A stretch of 64,000 nt of DNA from Sphingomonadales bacterium (GCA_025351405.1 JANXVZ010000027.1:21275-85274); one strand, 5' to 3'. Counted from the first letter of the stretch, positions 28,090-37,839 are shown. A program made the numbers and translations. Notes: generated by a model not told the origin, from the sequence alone.

Positions 28090-29415
28090 TCAGAGGCCGA
28101 GGCGTCGGCTGAGCTGCGACGCGAACTTGCCCGCCGGATCGACCTGCTGGCGGATCTTGCGGAATTCGGCAAGCCGGGGGTAGCCGGCTTCGAACATGGG
28201 GCGCGATTGCCGGGCGTCTTTGGCAAGATACAGCCGCCCGCCGGCCCGCAGCACGATGGCGTCCAGATCATCGAGGAAGCCGAAGATATCGTCGCTGACG
28301 GCAAAATCCAGGGCAAGGGTGAAGCCGGGCAGCGGGAACGACAACAGGCCATGCCCCGCGCCAAGCTTTTTGAGCACCGCCAGCGGCGACGCCGTGCCAC
28401 GGGCCGCGACGCGTTGCATGATCTCGGCAAGCGCGGCTTCGGCGGTCGCCAGCGGCAATACACACTGATGCTGGAGAAAGCCGCGGGCGCCATAGATGCG
28501 GTTCCAACCAGAAATGGCGTCGAGCGGGAAGAAATACGGCGCATGGGGCACAAGGAAGCTGGCGCCGGCACGCATCGCGCCCTTGCGGAAATACAGGGTG
28601 TTGAAGGCGGCGACGCTGGCCCGGTTGAGGGTGAACGCCGGCAGGTCGAACGGCACCGCCAGCCGTGCCGGTGGCCTGGCGGCGAGGCTGGCGTGCGCGC
28701 GCTCTGCCCCAACATCGGCGGCGGTGGCGTGTTGGCCCAGAAACACCAGAGACCGTCCCAGCGTCGCACCGGTCGCCGAGGCGTCGATCCACGCAACCGA
28801 ATATTGCGCGGCATCACCCTCGTCGAGCGCGGCCATGGCGGCGCGCAGATTGCCCGCCACGATCGTTTGCTGGCGGATAAGGCCACTTTCGACGCGTCGC
28901 AGGGTGAAAGTCGCATCAAGAACCACGCCGGTCAGCCCCATGCCGCCGACGGTGGCGGCGAAAAGCGCATTTTCCGGCGTCAGGATGCACGTCTCACCAC
29001 TCGCGAGCTGCAGGGTCAGCGCTTCGACCTGGTCGCCGAAACCCCCGTCGCGGTGGTGGTTCTTGCCATGGGCGTCCGCCGCGATCAGCCCGCCGACGGT
29101 GGGAAAGCAGGTGCCGGGCACGACCGGCGGGAAAAATCCGCGCGGCAGGAAGGTCGCGATCAGATCGTTGACCTGCATCCCCGCCTCGACGGTGACGCGC
29201 CCGCTGCCCGGGTCGAATGCCAGCACGCGGTCGAGCGCCAGGATCGACAGGCAGGCACGGGTGCCGATGGCCGCATCGCCATAGGCGCGGCCGTTGCCAC
29301 GCGCGATAACACCATCCACATCATGCAGCGCCGCCTTGACGTCACCGGGCGCGCCCGGCCGCAACAGCGCCACGTCGGCGCCCGGATAACGCCCCCACCC
29401 CGAAAGCCTTGTCAT
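28090..29415 (-). CDS. FAD-binding oxidoreductase, DprE1-like
   Basis: IARGNGRAYGD, PVVPGTCFPTVGGLIAADAHGKNHH, GGMGLTG, LQHQCV, LSFPLPGFTLALDF and GGRLYLAKDAR. Confidence 0.9.
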   Translation of the reverse strand: MTRLSGWGRYPGADVALLRPGAPGDVKAALHDVDGVIARGNGRAYGDAAIGTRACLSILALDRVLAFDPGSGRVTVEAGMQVNDLIATFLPRGFFPPVVPGTCFPTVGGLIAADAHGKNHHRDGGFGDQVEALTLQLASGETCILTPENALFAATVGGMGLTGVVLDATFTLRRVESGLIRQQTIVAGNLRAAMAALDEGDAAQYSVAWIDASATGATLGRSLVFLGQHATAADVGAERAHASLAARPPARLAVPFDLPAFTLNRASVAAFNTLYFRKGAMRAGASFLVPHAPYFFPLDAISGWNRIYGARGFLQHQCVLPLATAEAALAEIMQRVAARGTASPLAVLKKLGAGHGLLSFPLPGFTLALDFAVSDDIFGFLDDLDAIVLRAGGRLYLAKDARQSRPMFEAGYPRLAEFRKIRQQVDPAGKFASQLSRRLGL

Positions 29416-29840
29416 GGCGCAGGCGTCGGCCGGAATGCCAGCCGCCGGTCGAGCTGGTATTTGATGATGTTGCCCAGCGCGAGCCCGATGCCGCCGCCGG
29501 TGTAGCGCGCCGCATCGGTGCCGCCGAAATGCCAGAATGCCGCCTCGATGCCCCAGAACAACAGTGTCGTCCCCACGGCCGATCCGCCGTACAGCGCCAG
29601 CTTGCGTGCTTCACGCATGGCACCTTCGAACGGGTCGGTGAACACATAGATCTTGTCGAGAATGAACTTGATGCCAAAGCCCGTTGCGGTCCCGGCCAGT
29701 ACCGACATGATGACCAGGGCCGGCAGCAGGTGCGAGACCAGCGCCTGGGTGGCGAGGTTGGCGACGCTGCCGAGCACGGCGATGGCGACGTAGCGCCAGA
29801 AGATCGTGCGCGGGGTCAGCCCTGCGGGTCGCGCCGGCAT
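29412..29840 (-). CDS. GtrA-family lipid-linked sugar flippase-like protein
   Basis: 142 aa with four TMs; RYVAIAVLGSVANL, KFILDKIYVF, IIKYQLDRRLAF. Confidence 0.88.
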   Translation of the reverse strand: MPARPAGLTPRTIFWRYVAIAVLGSVANLATQALVSHLLPALVIMSVLAGTATGFGIKFILDKIYVFTDPFEGAMREARKLALYGGSAVGTTLLFWGIEAAFWHFGGTDAARYTGGGIGLALGNIIKYQLDRRLAFRPTPAP

Positions 29841-29848
29841 CCCCGACG

Positions 29849-31348
29849 TCAGACCGCCGCTGCGAACATGATCGCCAGCACGATGGCGGCGACGATGCGG
29901 CTGGTGCGGTCGCGCAACGCAAATACGATCGGGTCGTCGTGCATCTGGCGGCGGTGTGCCAGCATCAGTGCGCGGGCGATCCAGTACATCAGCACCGGGC
30001 AGACCAGCCACAGCACAAAGGCATGGTGATATTGTGCCTCGGCCTTTTGGGAGGCGACGTAGAGCGCAAAGACGGTGACCGCGTTGAACCCCGACGATGC
30101 CGCCAGCGCCCCCACGATCGGCATGTCCGAAACCCGGTAGTCGCGGTTGGTCGCATCGGGCAGGGCCGCGTCCATCCGCACGGACAGTTCGACATAGCGC
30201 TTGATCAGCGCCAGGGCGGTGAACATGAACATCGCGAACGCCAGCAGCCATTCCGACAACGGCACCGAAAGCGCAGCGGCGCCACCGATGACACGAATGG
30301 CATAAAGGCTGGCAAGCACGATCACGTCGACGACCATCTTGCGCTTCAACCAGAAGCTGTAGGCCGTGGTGAGGACGAAATAGCTGGCCAGCGTCAGCAG
30401 GAACAACGGCGAAACCAGCGTTGCGATGGTGATGGAGGCGGCCAGCAGCAGCGGCGCCGCCACCAGCCCCTGGCGGATGGGCAAGGTGCCGGCCGCAAAG
30501 GGCCGCAGGCGTTTGCGCGGGTGGCGGCGATCGGCGGCGAGGTCGATGAGATCGTTGACGATATAGACGCTCGATGCGCACAGCGAAAAGGCGATGAATG
30601 CCGCCAGCGCATGGCCGATATCGGCGCCGGCGAAATGCTGCGCCGCCAGCAGCGGTACAAAGACCAGCAGGTTCTTGGCATATTGGTGGATGCGCAGTGC
30701 CTTCGCCCAGATGCGCAGGCCCGGGCGGGTGGCCGGGATGATTTCGGCATCCGCATCGATGCGGCGCAGGCGGCGCGCCACACTTGCCGATGGTGCGACG
30801 GCGGTGCGGCGCAGGGCGCTCTGCCAGACAGCAAGGTCGGCGCCACTGTCGCCGATATATTCGAAACCGCCGGCGCCGAATTCCGCAACCAGATGCGCCG
30901 CCTTCGCGCTGCCGCCGAGGTTGAAGGTATCGCTCGAACCATAATGATCGGCAAAGACGCCAAGGTGAACGGCAACCGCCTCGACATAATGCATGCTGCT
31001 GGCAGAGGCGAGATAGACGGGCCGCCCCTCGGCCCGGGCCGCATCGATGCGTTCGAGGACGGCGTCGTCATACGGCAGGGTTGCGGCGTTGAGCTGGACA
31101 TGGCCCGCCAGAAAGGCCTTCACCGCCGCCTTGCCGCGCAGGGTTTCGCGCGCGAGTGGCAACACGCCGTGGGGGTTGTGACCAAGATAGGCGAACACCG
31201 CCTCCAGCAGCAGGTCGGAGCGGACAAGGCAGTCGTCGAGGTCGACCACCAGCGGCAACGCGTCGCCGGTTGTGCGGGCGCGGAGCGCAGGGTCGATGGT
31301 ATGCAACACTATCTCGCCCCCGCAACCGTTACTGCCCCATGCGCCCAC
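29849..31348 (-). CDS. HAD-like domain fused to a UbiA-family prenyltransferase (polyprenyl-phosphate phosphoribosyltransferase-like)
   Basis: N-terminal VVDLDD...LASAS...K...YIGDSGAD HAD motifs; C-terminal LRIHQYAKNLLVF, YIVNDLIDLAADRRHPRKRLRPFAAG and HDDPIVFALRD. True start may be GTG 31309 or TTG 31306. Confidence 0.9.
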   Translation of the reverse strand: MGAWGSNGCGGEIVLHTIDPALRARTTGDALPLVVDLDDCLVRSDLLLEAVFAYLGHNPHGVLPLARETLRGKAAVKAFLAGHVQLNAATLPYDDAVLERIDAARAEGRPVYLASASSMHYVEAVAVHLGVFADHYGSSDTFNLGGSAKAAHLVAEFGAGGFEYIGDSGADLAVWQSALRRTAVAPSASVARRLRRIDADAEIIPATRPGLRIWAKALRIHQYAKNLLVFVPLLAAQHFAGADIGHALAAFIAFSLCASSVYIVNDLIDLAADRRHPRKRLRPFAAGTLPIRQGLVAAPLLLAASITIATLVSPLFLLTLASYFVLTTAYSFWLKRKMVVDVIVLASLYAIRVIGGAAALSVPLSEWLLAFAMFMFTALALIKRYVELSVRMDAALPDATNRDYRVSDMPIVGALAASSGFNAVTVFALYVASQKAEAQYHHAFVLWLVCPVLMYWIARALMLAHRRQMHDDPIVFALRDRTSRIVAAIVLAIMFAAAV

Positions 31349-31399
31349 CGGTCTTTCCCACCAATTGCCCGGTCATGGATTATTTGCAATGCGACCGGA

Positions 31400-31891
31400 T
31401 TACCAGAACCGGCTGCCAGCGACGCCCTTGAACGGCCCGGCGACGCGCGATGTGATCCAGCCGCCATAAAAGCCGCCGGGCTGCGGCACGACCTTCTCGC
31501 CATCCACATAACAGCCATCGAACGGCGCCGCGTAAAAGGCGACGCAATCGCGCAACATGGCAAAGGCCGGCGTCGGGCGGCGGTAGCGCCAGGCTATGGC
31601 GGAAAAGCGATCTTTCCCGGCAACGACGTCGAGATAGTCGGCGGCGCCTTTCCACTCGCACATCGATCGCGCCGCATTGGGCTGCAGCACGCCCGGCGCA
31701 ATCGCATCGGGCGGGAAATAGTAACTGGGGGGATGGCTGGTTTCCAGTGTGCGAAAGCCGGCGCGCGTTTCGGCGATTACCAGCCCCTGGTGCATGATGC
31801 GCAGGTGCAGCGGGCACGGCTCGACGATGGCCGGACGCGGATAGTCCCAGACACTTTCCTGCCCGGGCTTGACCGCGTCCGGCGTGATCAT
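31400..31891 (-). CDS. DUF427-domain protein
   Basis: ESVWDYPRP, LETSHPPSYYFP, SMCEWKGAA and PQPGGFYGGWIT. Confidence 0.88.
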   Translation of the reverse strand: MITPDAVKPGQESVWDYPRPAIVEPCPLHLRIMHQGLVIAETRAGFRTLETSHPPSYYFPPDAIAPGVLQPNAARSMCEWKGAADYLDVVAGKDRFSAIAWRYRRPTPAFAMLRDCVAFYAAPFDGCYVDGEKVVPQPGGFYGGWITSRVAGPFKGVAGSRFW

Positions 31892-32286
31892 ACGACCATC
31901 AACACCCGGATGGCGCCATAGACGGCGGCGACGATCAGGATCAGCGATGCCAGCATGGTGAGGCCAAAGCCGGGGCCGCGCGCCGCCGGATCGCGGTAAT
32001 AGCCACGGGCATAGACGATGCGACCAACCGACCAGAGGATGCCGACAGCCGCAGTGATGCGGTCGCCCATGACCGGCGCAGCCAGGCAGATGGCGGGCAG
32101 GAAAATGACCAGCTGTTCCAGCGTGTTCATGTGAACGCGGTTGCGCTTGTCGAATTCGGGATGGCCCGAGGCGGCGGGCGCGGGCACCTGCCAGGTCGCG
32201 CGCGCCTTGCCGACGACGGCACCCAGCCCGAAGTACACGAGCAGTGCGACCACGATCGCCAGCGTCGTCAGTGGAAATAATACCAT
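31888..32286 (-). CDS. MAPEG-family membrane protein
   Basis: VGKARATWQVPAP, FDKRNRVHMNTLEQL and GRIVYARGY; hydrophobic 132 aa. Confidence 0.88.
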   Translation of the reverse strand: MVLFPLTTLAIVVALLVYFGLGAVVGKARATWQVPAPAASGHPEFDKRNRVHMNTLEQLVIFLPAICLAAPVMGDRITAAVGILWSVGRIVYARGYYRDPAARGPGFGLTMLASLILIVAAVYGAIRVLMVV

Positions 32287-32316
32287 AGCCCCGAACCCCT
32301 TTTTTGGCGACCGTAT

Positions 32317-33435
32317 TTGAGTCGCACCCAAATCATTAAGAGGACCGGCGGTGCGTGGCAAGATGACGGTGTCGGGCGGAACAAAGCAGAGGTGCGCGAG
32401 TTGCTGGCAGACACCAGCAACGGGACATTCGCCATCGCCAGCCGCAAGTCCGTTGCCCGCAATGCATCGTTCGGCGGGTCGGCGGTGACCGTCTGGGCGG
32501 CGCTCATCGGCAATCTGCTCGTTGCCGCAGCCAAGTTTACCGCCGCTGCCATGACCGGCTCGTCATCGATGCTCAGCGAGGCGATGCATTCGCTCGTCGA
32601 TACCGTCAACGAGGTGTTGTTGCTGTATGGCATGAAGCGCGCCGCACAGCCGCCGGATGCCAGGCATCCGCTCGGCCATGGCCGCGAATTGTATTTCTGG
32701 AGCTTTGTCGTCGCCGTGCTGATTTTCGGCGTCGGGGCCGGGGTGTCGTTTTTCGAGGGCGTTGATCACATCCGCCATCCCCATGTCGTCGAGCAGCCGC
32801 AGCTCGTGTTCGTCGTATTGGGGCTGGCTGCGGTGTTCGAAGGCGGATCATGGCTGGTGGCGCTGCGCGAATTTCGTGCCCACCAGGGCGATCTCGGCTG
32901 GTGGCAGGCGTTCCGCCAGTCGAAGGATCCAACCGGCTTCATGGTGCTGTTCGAGGACAGTGCGGCGCTGATCGGCATTGCGCTCGCCGCCGGTGGCACA
33001 GGGTTGGCACTGGCGACGCGCGACCCGCGCTGGGATGGTATCGCCTCGTTGTTGATAGGCGCGTTGCTGGCGGTGGTCGCAGCCTTGCTGGCGCGCGAGT
33101 CAAAGGCGCTGTTGATAGGCGAGCGCGGGGCGCCGGCACTCAGTCGCGCCATCATGGCGCTCGCCCGGGGTGTTCCCGACGTGGCTGGTGCCAACGGCAT
33201 CGTCACCGTACAGCTTGCACCAGATCAGGTCATCGTCAGCCTCAGCCTCGAATTCGACGATGCCTTGACGACGCCGGCGATCGAGAAGGCCATCATCGCA
33301 CTCGAAACCCGCATCAGGGCGGCACACCCCGAAGTCAGCGCGTTGTTCGTCAAGCCGCAATCGGCGGCCGTGGCCCGGCGACGACAACAGCAGGGCGTTT
33401 CGGGGGTCTTTGCTGATCCGGCTGGGCACGGGTAA
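32317..33435 (+). CDS. Cation diffusion facilitator (CDF) family transporter
   Basis: AALIGNLLVAAAKF, MLSEAMHSLVD, HPLGHGRELYFW and VLFEDSAAL. True start probably further downstream (e.g. GTG 32392). Confidence 0.9.
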   Translation: MSRTQIIKRTGGAWQDDGVGRNKAEVRELLADTSNGTFAIASRKSVARNASFGGSAVTVWAALIGNLLVAAAKFTAAAMTGSSSMLSEAMHSLVDTVNEVLLLYGMKRAAQPPDARHPLGHGRELYFWSFVVAVLIFGVGAGVSFFEGVDHIRHPHVVEQPQLVFVVLGLAAVFEGGSWLVALREFRAHQGDLGWWQAFRQSKDPTGFMVLFEDSAALIGIALAAGGTGLALATRDPRWDGIASLLIGALLAVVAALLARESKALLIGERGAPALSRAIMALARGVPDVAGANGIVTVQLAPDQVIVSLSLEFDDALTTPAIEKAIIALETRIRAAHPEVSALFVKPQSAAVARRRQQQGVSGVFADPAGHG

Positions 33436-33615
33436 GCAGGGTCGCAAAAGCCGGCGCGCGGCTTGCCGAACGAACCGCTCCGACGTAAAAGTTGGCGCGC
33501 AATTGCTGCCCGGGTTCGCGGCAGTGGCAATCTGGCAATGGACGTGGCGCCCGAAGTGTGTGTCCCTTGTCGCTGTGACCGGTCGTTCGTTTCGACATGG
33601 ATTGCGGGGGGTAAG

Positions 33616-34326
33616 ATGTCTCTGGTCGAAACAATGGACGCTGCCCCTGCGCAACTGCTGGCGGATGTCCACGGGCTGGGCTTCGACAAGTGCCTGTATG
33701 TGCTGGAACTTCTGGACGATCATGCCCGGCTGCCGTTGCAGGCCGTCGGTACCGGGCTGACAGCCGAGCACAGCGCCGAGTTCATGAAGCGGGTCCCGCA
33801 GGATCCCTTGCGCCGGATGCTCGCGCGCGGTGAAATCCCCATCGGCAACACGCCGATAACGTATGAAAATACCGGCAAGGCACTCTCGATAGGCTCCGAT
33901 CACAAGCTTTCGGTTACGGATACGCTGTTGCTGCGCTGGTGCCTGTCGCAGGGCGTGCGGACCGGCGTCAATTTCCGCATTCGCATGTCGCAGCGGCGTT
34001 ATGCGTCCCTCAATTTCTACAGTGCCGGCAGCCACAGCAAGACAGACCTGGAGAATGCCGTCCAGGCGTTGTTCCTGGTCGGGCATCGCATCCACGCCAT
34101 GCTGGAACCCAACCTGCCGCGCGGCCGTGACAATTTCCTGTCGACCCGCGAGCTGGAATGCCTCGAATGGATCGCACGCGGCCACAGCAACCGCCAGATC
34201 GCCGATGTGCTGGGATTGTCGGTCGATACGGTCAAGGAACACATCCAGGGGCTGTTCCAGAAGCTCAACGTCGGCAGCCGCGCACAGGCCGTGTCGCGGG
34301 CGCACATGCTGTCCTATCTCGAATAG
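33616..34326 (+). CDS. LuxR-family transcriptional regulator (LuxR solo-like, divergent N-terminal ligand-binding domain)
   Basis: C-terminal HTH LSTRELECLEWIARGHSNRQIADVLGLSVDTVKEHI. The 170-aa N-terminal domain retains DP and G-x-x-x-G elements of autoinducer-binding domains. Confidence 0.88.
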   Translation: MSLVETMDAAPAQLLADVHGLGFDKCLYVLELLDDHARLPLQAVGTGLTAEHSAEFMKRVPQDPLRRMLARGEIPIGNTPITYENTGKALSIGSDHKLSVTDTLLLRWCLSQGVRTGVNFRIRMSQRRYASLNFYSAGSHSKTDLENAVQALFLVGHRIHAMLEPNLPRGRDNFLSTRELECLEWIARGHSNRQIADVLGLSVDTVKEHIQGLFQKLNVGSRAQAVSRAHMLSYLE

Positions 34327-34449
34327 CCCGATCGGTTTCCCAGCCGATATCCGGTGCGGCTCGGGCGTGTGGCCGGGTTGAAGATGATCCGAATTGCCGC
34401 GGCACCTTGCCCCACCCGGTTGGGGGGGTAGCGAGGCGCATCATGACGG

Positions 34450-34733
34450 CATAGACAAGATATGACACAAAAGGGTCATAAACAGGGTTAAACCTGCATA
34501 TTGGGAAAAATTCCGGAACTTATTACCAATTTATTCAGCATTAGCGGGCGGTTGGCCCTTAATCAGAAATTATATAGTATAAACAACAACAAGAAACAAG
34601 TCACTTCAATAGACGATACTTGCGAAACGAATTTAGAAAAAGAAACCGACCAAGACGCACGGGCAAATAGTCGACTCGGGGGGGTACCGCGTAGGGCGCG
34701 GTGGTTAAGCAGGCTATTTTCAGGGGACCTTTC
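34450..34733 (+). promoter_or_regulatory. AT-rich promoter/leader of the TonB-receptor operon with inverted repeats
   Basis: Sharp AT enrichment. TATGAC-N8-GTCATA at 34461-34480, CAGGGTTAAACCTG at 34483-34496, GGAA-N3-TTCC at 34504-34514. RBS-like AGGGGA before ATG 34734. Confidence 0.6.
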
Positions 34734-37700
34734 ATGACAGATACAGGTATGCGGATTCGCCTTCTGGGCAGTGCCGCGCTCGCGCTCGCATTGGCAGGGC
34801 AGGCCACGGTTGCAACAGCCCAGGCCACTGCATCGGCTGCTGCCGAATCCGCTCCGGTCGAGGACATTGTCGTCACCGGATCGCGCATTCCGCGCGCCGG
34901 CTTCGATACGCTGCAGCCGGCGCAAACCGTCAGCTCGCAGTTGCTCGAGGACAGGTCGTTCATCAACGCCGCGGATGCGTTGAACCAGTTGTCGGCCTTC
35001 GGCACGCCCGGATCGAACAACACCGGGCAGCAATCGGGTGCCAACGTCGGGCAGCAGTTCGTCAACCTCTACAATCTGGGTGCGCAGCGCACGCTGGTGC
35101 TGGTCAACGGCCGGCGGTTTGTCTCCGGCAGCGCCCCGACCCCGCCCGGCACCTTTGGCGGCGCGCCGGCCGGCCAGGAAGTCGATCTCAACACCATTCC
35201 TGTCGGGCTGATCGATCACATCGAAGTGCTGTCCGTCGGTGGTGCGCCGATCTACGGCGCCGACGCCATTGCCGGTACCGTCAACGTCATCCTGAAGGAC
35301 AAGTTCGAAGGCTTCCAGGTCGACGGCCAATATGGCGTGTCGCGCCACGGCGACGGCAACAGCTATGTCGGACGCGCTGTCGTCGGCGGCAACTTTGCCG
35401 ATGGCCGCGGCAACATCACTGCCACGGTGGAATATTCGAAGCAGGATGGTTTGACCTACCTCGATCGTCCCAACACGCTGCCCTATGCCACCTTCCAGCC
35501 CTCCGACGAGTGCAAGGCGCTGGGCTTTGGCGCCTGCTATGTGCCCAACGCAACCGTGCCGAGCATCTTCCCGGGTGGCATCCCGACCATCGATCCCGGG
35601 CTCGCCAATGCCGGAAGCCCGACCTACCCCAGCGCCATCCACAATGCCGCCGGCCAGGTCGTGGCGTTCAGCCCCGATGGCAATCTGAACCCGGTCAACC
35701 TCGGCATCCAGAACAACGGCCTCGTGTTCGGCTCGGGCGGCGATGGCGACAATCTTGCGGGCCAGTCGCAGTTCATCGCGCCGATCAATCGGCTGCTGAT
35801 CGGCACTGTCGGTCACTATGACTTGACCGACCATGTACGCGCTTATTTCGAGACACAGTTTTCGCATTCCGACGCGACGCTGCTCGCGGCGCAGCCATCA
35901 TACCAGTCGGCGTTCTTTGCCAGCCAGAAGGGCGCGGCGCCGATCAAGTTCACCACCGACAATCCGTTCCTCAGCGCACAGGCGAAGTCCGTGCTCGAAG
36001 CCGCAGGCGCCAGCACGTTTTACCTCTCGCGCGCCAATCTCGATCTCGCGCCGCAGTCGACGCAGAATACCAACACCACCTACCGCGTCGTTGCTGGCCT
36101 GAAGGGCGATTTCGATGTCGCCGGGCGGCAGATCAACTGGGACGCCTCGTTCAACTACGGGCGCTCCGAAAACCGAATCACCTACTATGATATCAACGAG
36201 GAGAACTTCCTCAACGCCATCGACGTCGTCAAGAACGAAGCCGGCCAGGTCGTCTGCCGGGTCAGCGTCACGCCGCCGCCCGTTCCGGGAAGCGGTGTCC
36301 AGCCCAATTCGGTGACCGCCTGCCAGCCGTTGAACCTGTTCGGCAACGGTGCGCCCAGCGCTGCGGCCCGGGCGTTCGTCACGGCGGAAGATTTCGCGGT
36401 ATCGGTGTTGACGCAACGTGACTGGCAGATCAACGCCAACGGTTCGCCCTTTGATATCTGGGCGGGACCCGTCCAGCTTGCCGCCGGCTTCGAATATCGC
36501 GAGGAAACCGGTCGCTACGACGTCGATGCGTTTGCCGCCGCCGGACTTGGCCGCAACGCGCCAACGACCAATGTTGCCGGCCAGTATAATTCGAAGGAGC
36601 TGTACGCCGAAGCCAAGATTCCGCTGGTCTCGCCCGACATGGGATGGAAATTCCTCCATTCCGCCGAGCTCGATGGATCGTTCAGGCGCATCGACAACAG
36701 CCTGGCTGGCGTGTCCAACGTCTACACCGTCGGCGGCAAGTTCGCCCCGGTCCGCGACATCGAATTTCGCGGCAACTTCACCCATTCGGTGCGCGCGCCG
36801 TCGATCGGCGAGCTGTTCCTGCCGACGACCAACACCCAGTCGTTCGCGCAGGACCCGTGCGATCCCAACTTCATCGGCGCAAACGGTACGCGCGGCGCGA
36901 ATTGCAGCGCAGAGTTTGCCAAGTTGGGCGTCGATCTCGCCACCTTCAAATCGGGCGTGGTCAATGCCTCGGTGCTCGGCACCACCGGCGGCAACCAGTC
37001 GTTGCTCAACGAACGCGCCAATGCCTGGACGGCTGGCTTTGTCGCCCGGCCCCGCTTCATTCCGGGCCTGACAATGGCGCTCGACTGGATCGATATCCGC
37101 TTGAAGGATCCGATCACCAGCCTGACGCTGACACAGGTTATGAACGCCTGCTACGACACGCCGGATTTCCCCAACAGCTTCTGCTCGCTGTTCCAGCGCA
37201 GCAACGCCGGCCAGGTCACCAGCTTCAAGACGCCGCTGGTCAACGCGGGCGCGCAGTCGTTCTCCGGCGCGCAGCTTGACATGACCTACAACTTCGCGAT
37301 CGGCGACGTGCCGCTGATCAACAAGCTCGGGTTGACCCAAGGCGGTGATTATGGCGACCTGACCCTCGATGTGAACGGTTTCTATACCAAGAAACACACC
37401 TATGAGATCCTCGGCATCACCACGCCGACGCTGGGCAACATCGGCGACCCCAAGATGCGCTTCAACATCGCGGGCCGCTACCACAAGGGGCCGTTTGCGC
37501 TGTACCTGCAGTACCGCCACATCAGCAGCGGCCAGCAGGACGTGACGCTGCAGCCCAGTTCGCAGCAGATTCTCGGCGTCGGTTCCTATGCAAACTGGAA
37601 CAGTTCGGTGTCGTACGACATCACGCCCAAGATCACGGCGCAGATTGTCGTCAACAACCTGTTCAACCAGTCGCCGCCCAAATATGCCATCTCGCTCAAC

Positions 37701-37772
37701 GCCGGTGCAGCACTTGGGACGTATGACTATTTCGGCCAGTCGTTTGCCTTCAAGCTGAAGGTTCGGCTCTAG
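34734..37772 (+). CDS. TonB-dependent outer-membrane receptor
   Basis: Signal peptide, TonB box EDIVVTGSRI, plug motifs GAQRTLVLVNGRRF and IEVLSVGGAPIYGADAIAGTVNVILK, and C-terminal NNLFNQSPP...YDYFGQSF. Confidence 0.96.
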   Translation: MTDTGMRIRLLGSAALALALAGQATVATAQATASAAAESAPVEDIVVTGSRIPRAGFDTLQPAQTVSSQLLEDRSFINAADALNQLSAFGTPGSNNTGQQSGANVGQQFVNLYNLGAQRTLVLVNGRRFVSGSAPTPPGTFGGAPAGQEVDLNTIPVGLIDHIEVLSVGGAPIYGADAIAGTVNVILKDKFEGFQVDGQYGVSRHGDGNSYVGRAVVGGNFADGRGNITATVEYSKQDGLTYLDRPNTLPYATFQPSDECKALGFGACYVPNATVPSIFPGGIPTIDPGLANAGSPTYPSAIHNAAGQVVAFSPDGNLNPVNLGIQNNGLVFGSGGDGDNLAGQSQFIAPINRLLIGTVGHYDLTDHVRAYFETQFSHSDATLLAAQPSYQSAFFASQKGAAPIKFTTDNPFLSAQAKSVLEAAGASTFYLSRANLDLAPQSTQNTNTTYRVVAGLKGDFDVAGRQINWDASFNYGRSENRITYYDINEENFLNAIDVVKNEAGQVVCRVSVTPPPVPGSGVQPNSVTACQPLNLFGNGAPSAAARAFVTAEDFAVSVLTQRDWQINANGSPFDIWAGPVQLAAGFEYREETGRYDVDAFAAAGLGRNAPTTNVAGQYNSKELYAEAKIPLVSPDMGWKFLHSAELDGSFRRIDNSLAGVSNVYTVGGKFAPVRDIEFRGNFTHSVRAPSIGELFLPTTNTQSFAQDPCDPNFIGANGTRGANCSAEFAKLGVDLATFKSGVVNASVLGTTGGNQSLLNERANAWTAGFVARPRFIPGLTMALDWIDIRLKDPITSLTLTQVMNACYDTPDFPNSFCSLFQRSNAGQVTSFKTPLVNAGAQSFSGAQLDMTYNFAIGDVPLINKLGLTQGGDYGDLTLDVNGFYTKKHTYEILGITTPTLGNIGDPKMRFNIAGRYHKGPFALYLQYRHISSGQQDVTLQPSSQQILGVGSYANWNSSVSYDITPKITAQIVVNNLFNQSPPKYAISLNAGAALGTYDYFGQSFAFKLKVRL

Positions 37773-37780
37773 CGAAGGCA

Positions 37781-37810
37781 AGGCGAGGGCACCTTGTCGT
37801 GCCCTCGCCT
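37781..37810 (+). other. Perfect 12-bp stem-loop between the TBDR and the first peptidase (mRNA stabiliser or weak terminator)
   Basis: AGGCGAGGGCAC-CTTGTC-GTGCCCTCGCCT, with no U-tract. Confidence 0.6.
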
Positions 37811-37839
37811 GCCGCCTGCCATTGCAAAGGCGCTGCACT

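Noticed and set aside
28080-28919. Apparent 280-aa N-terminal extension of the SDR
   Set aside because: It overlaps the FAD oxidoreductase in another frame; the Rossmann motif starts right after ATG 28079.
33448-33464. Hairpin AAGCCG-N5-CGGCTT after the CDF gene as its terminator
   Set aside because: Only a 6-bp stem with no U-tract on the + strand; too weak to call.
34488-34502. Possible CtrA box (TTAA-N7-TTAA)
   Set aside because: The second half reads TATT; only a half-site is present.
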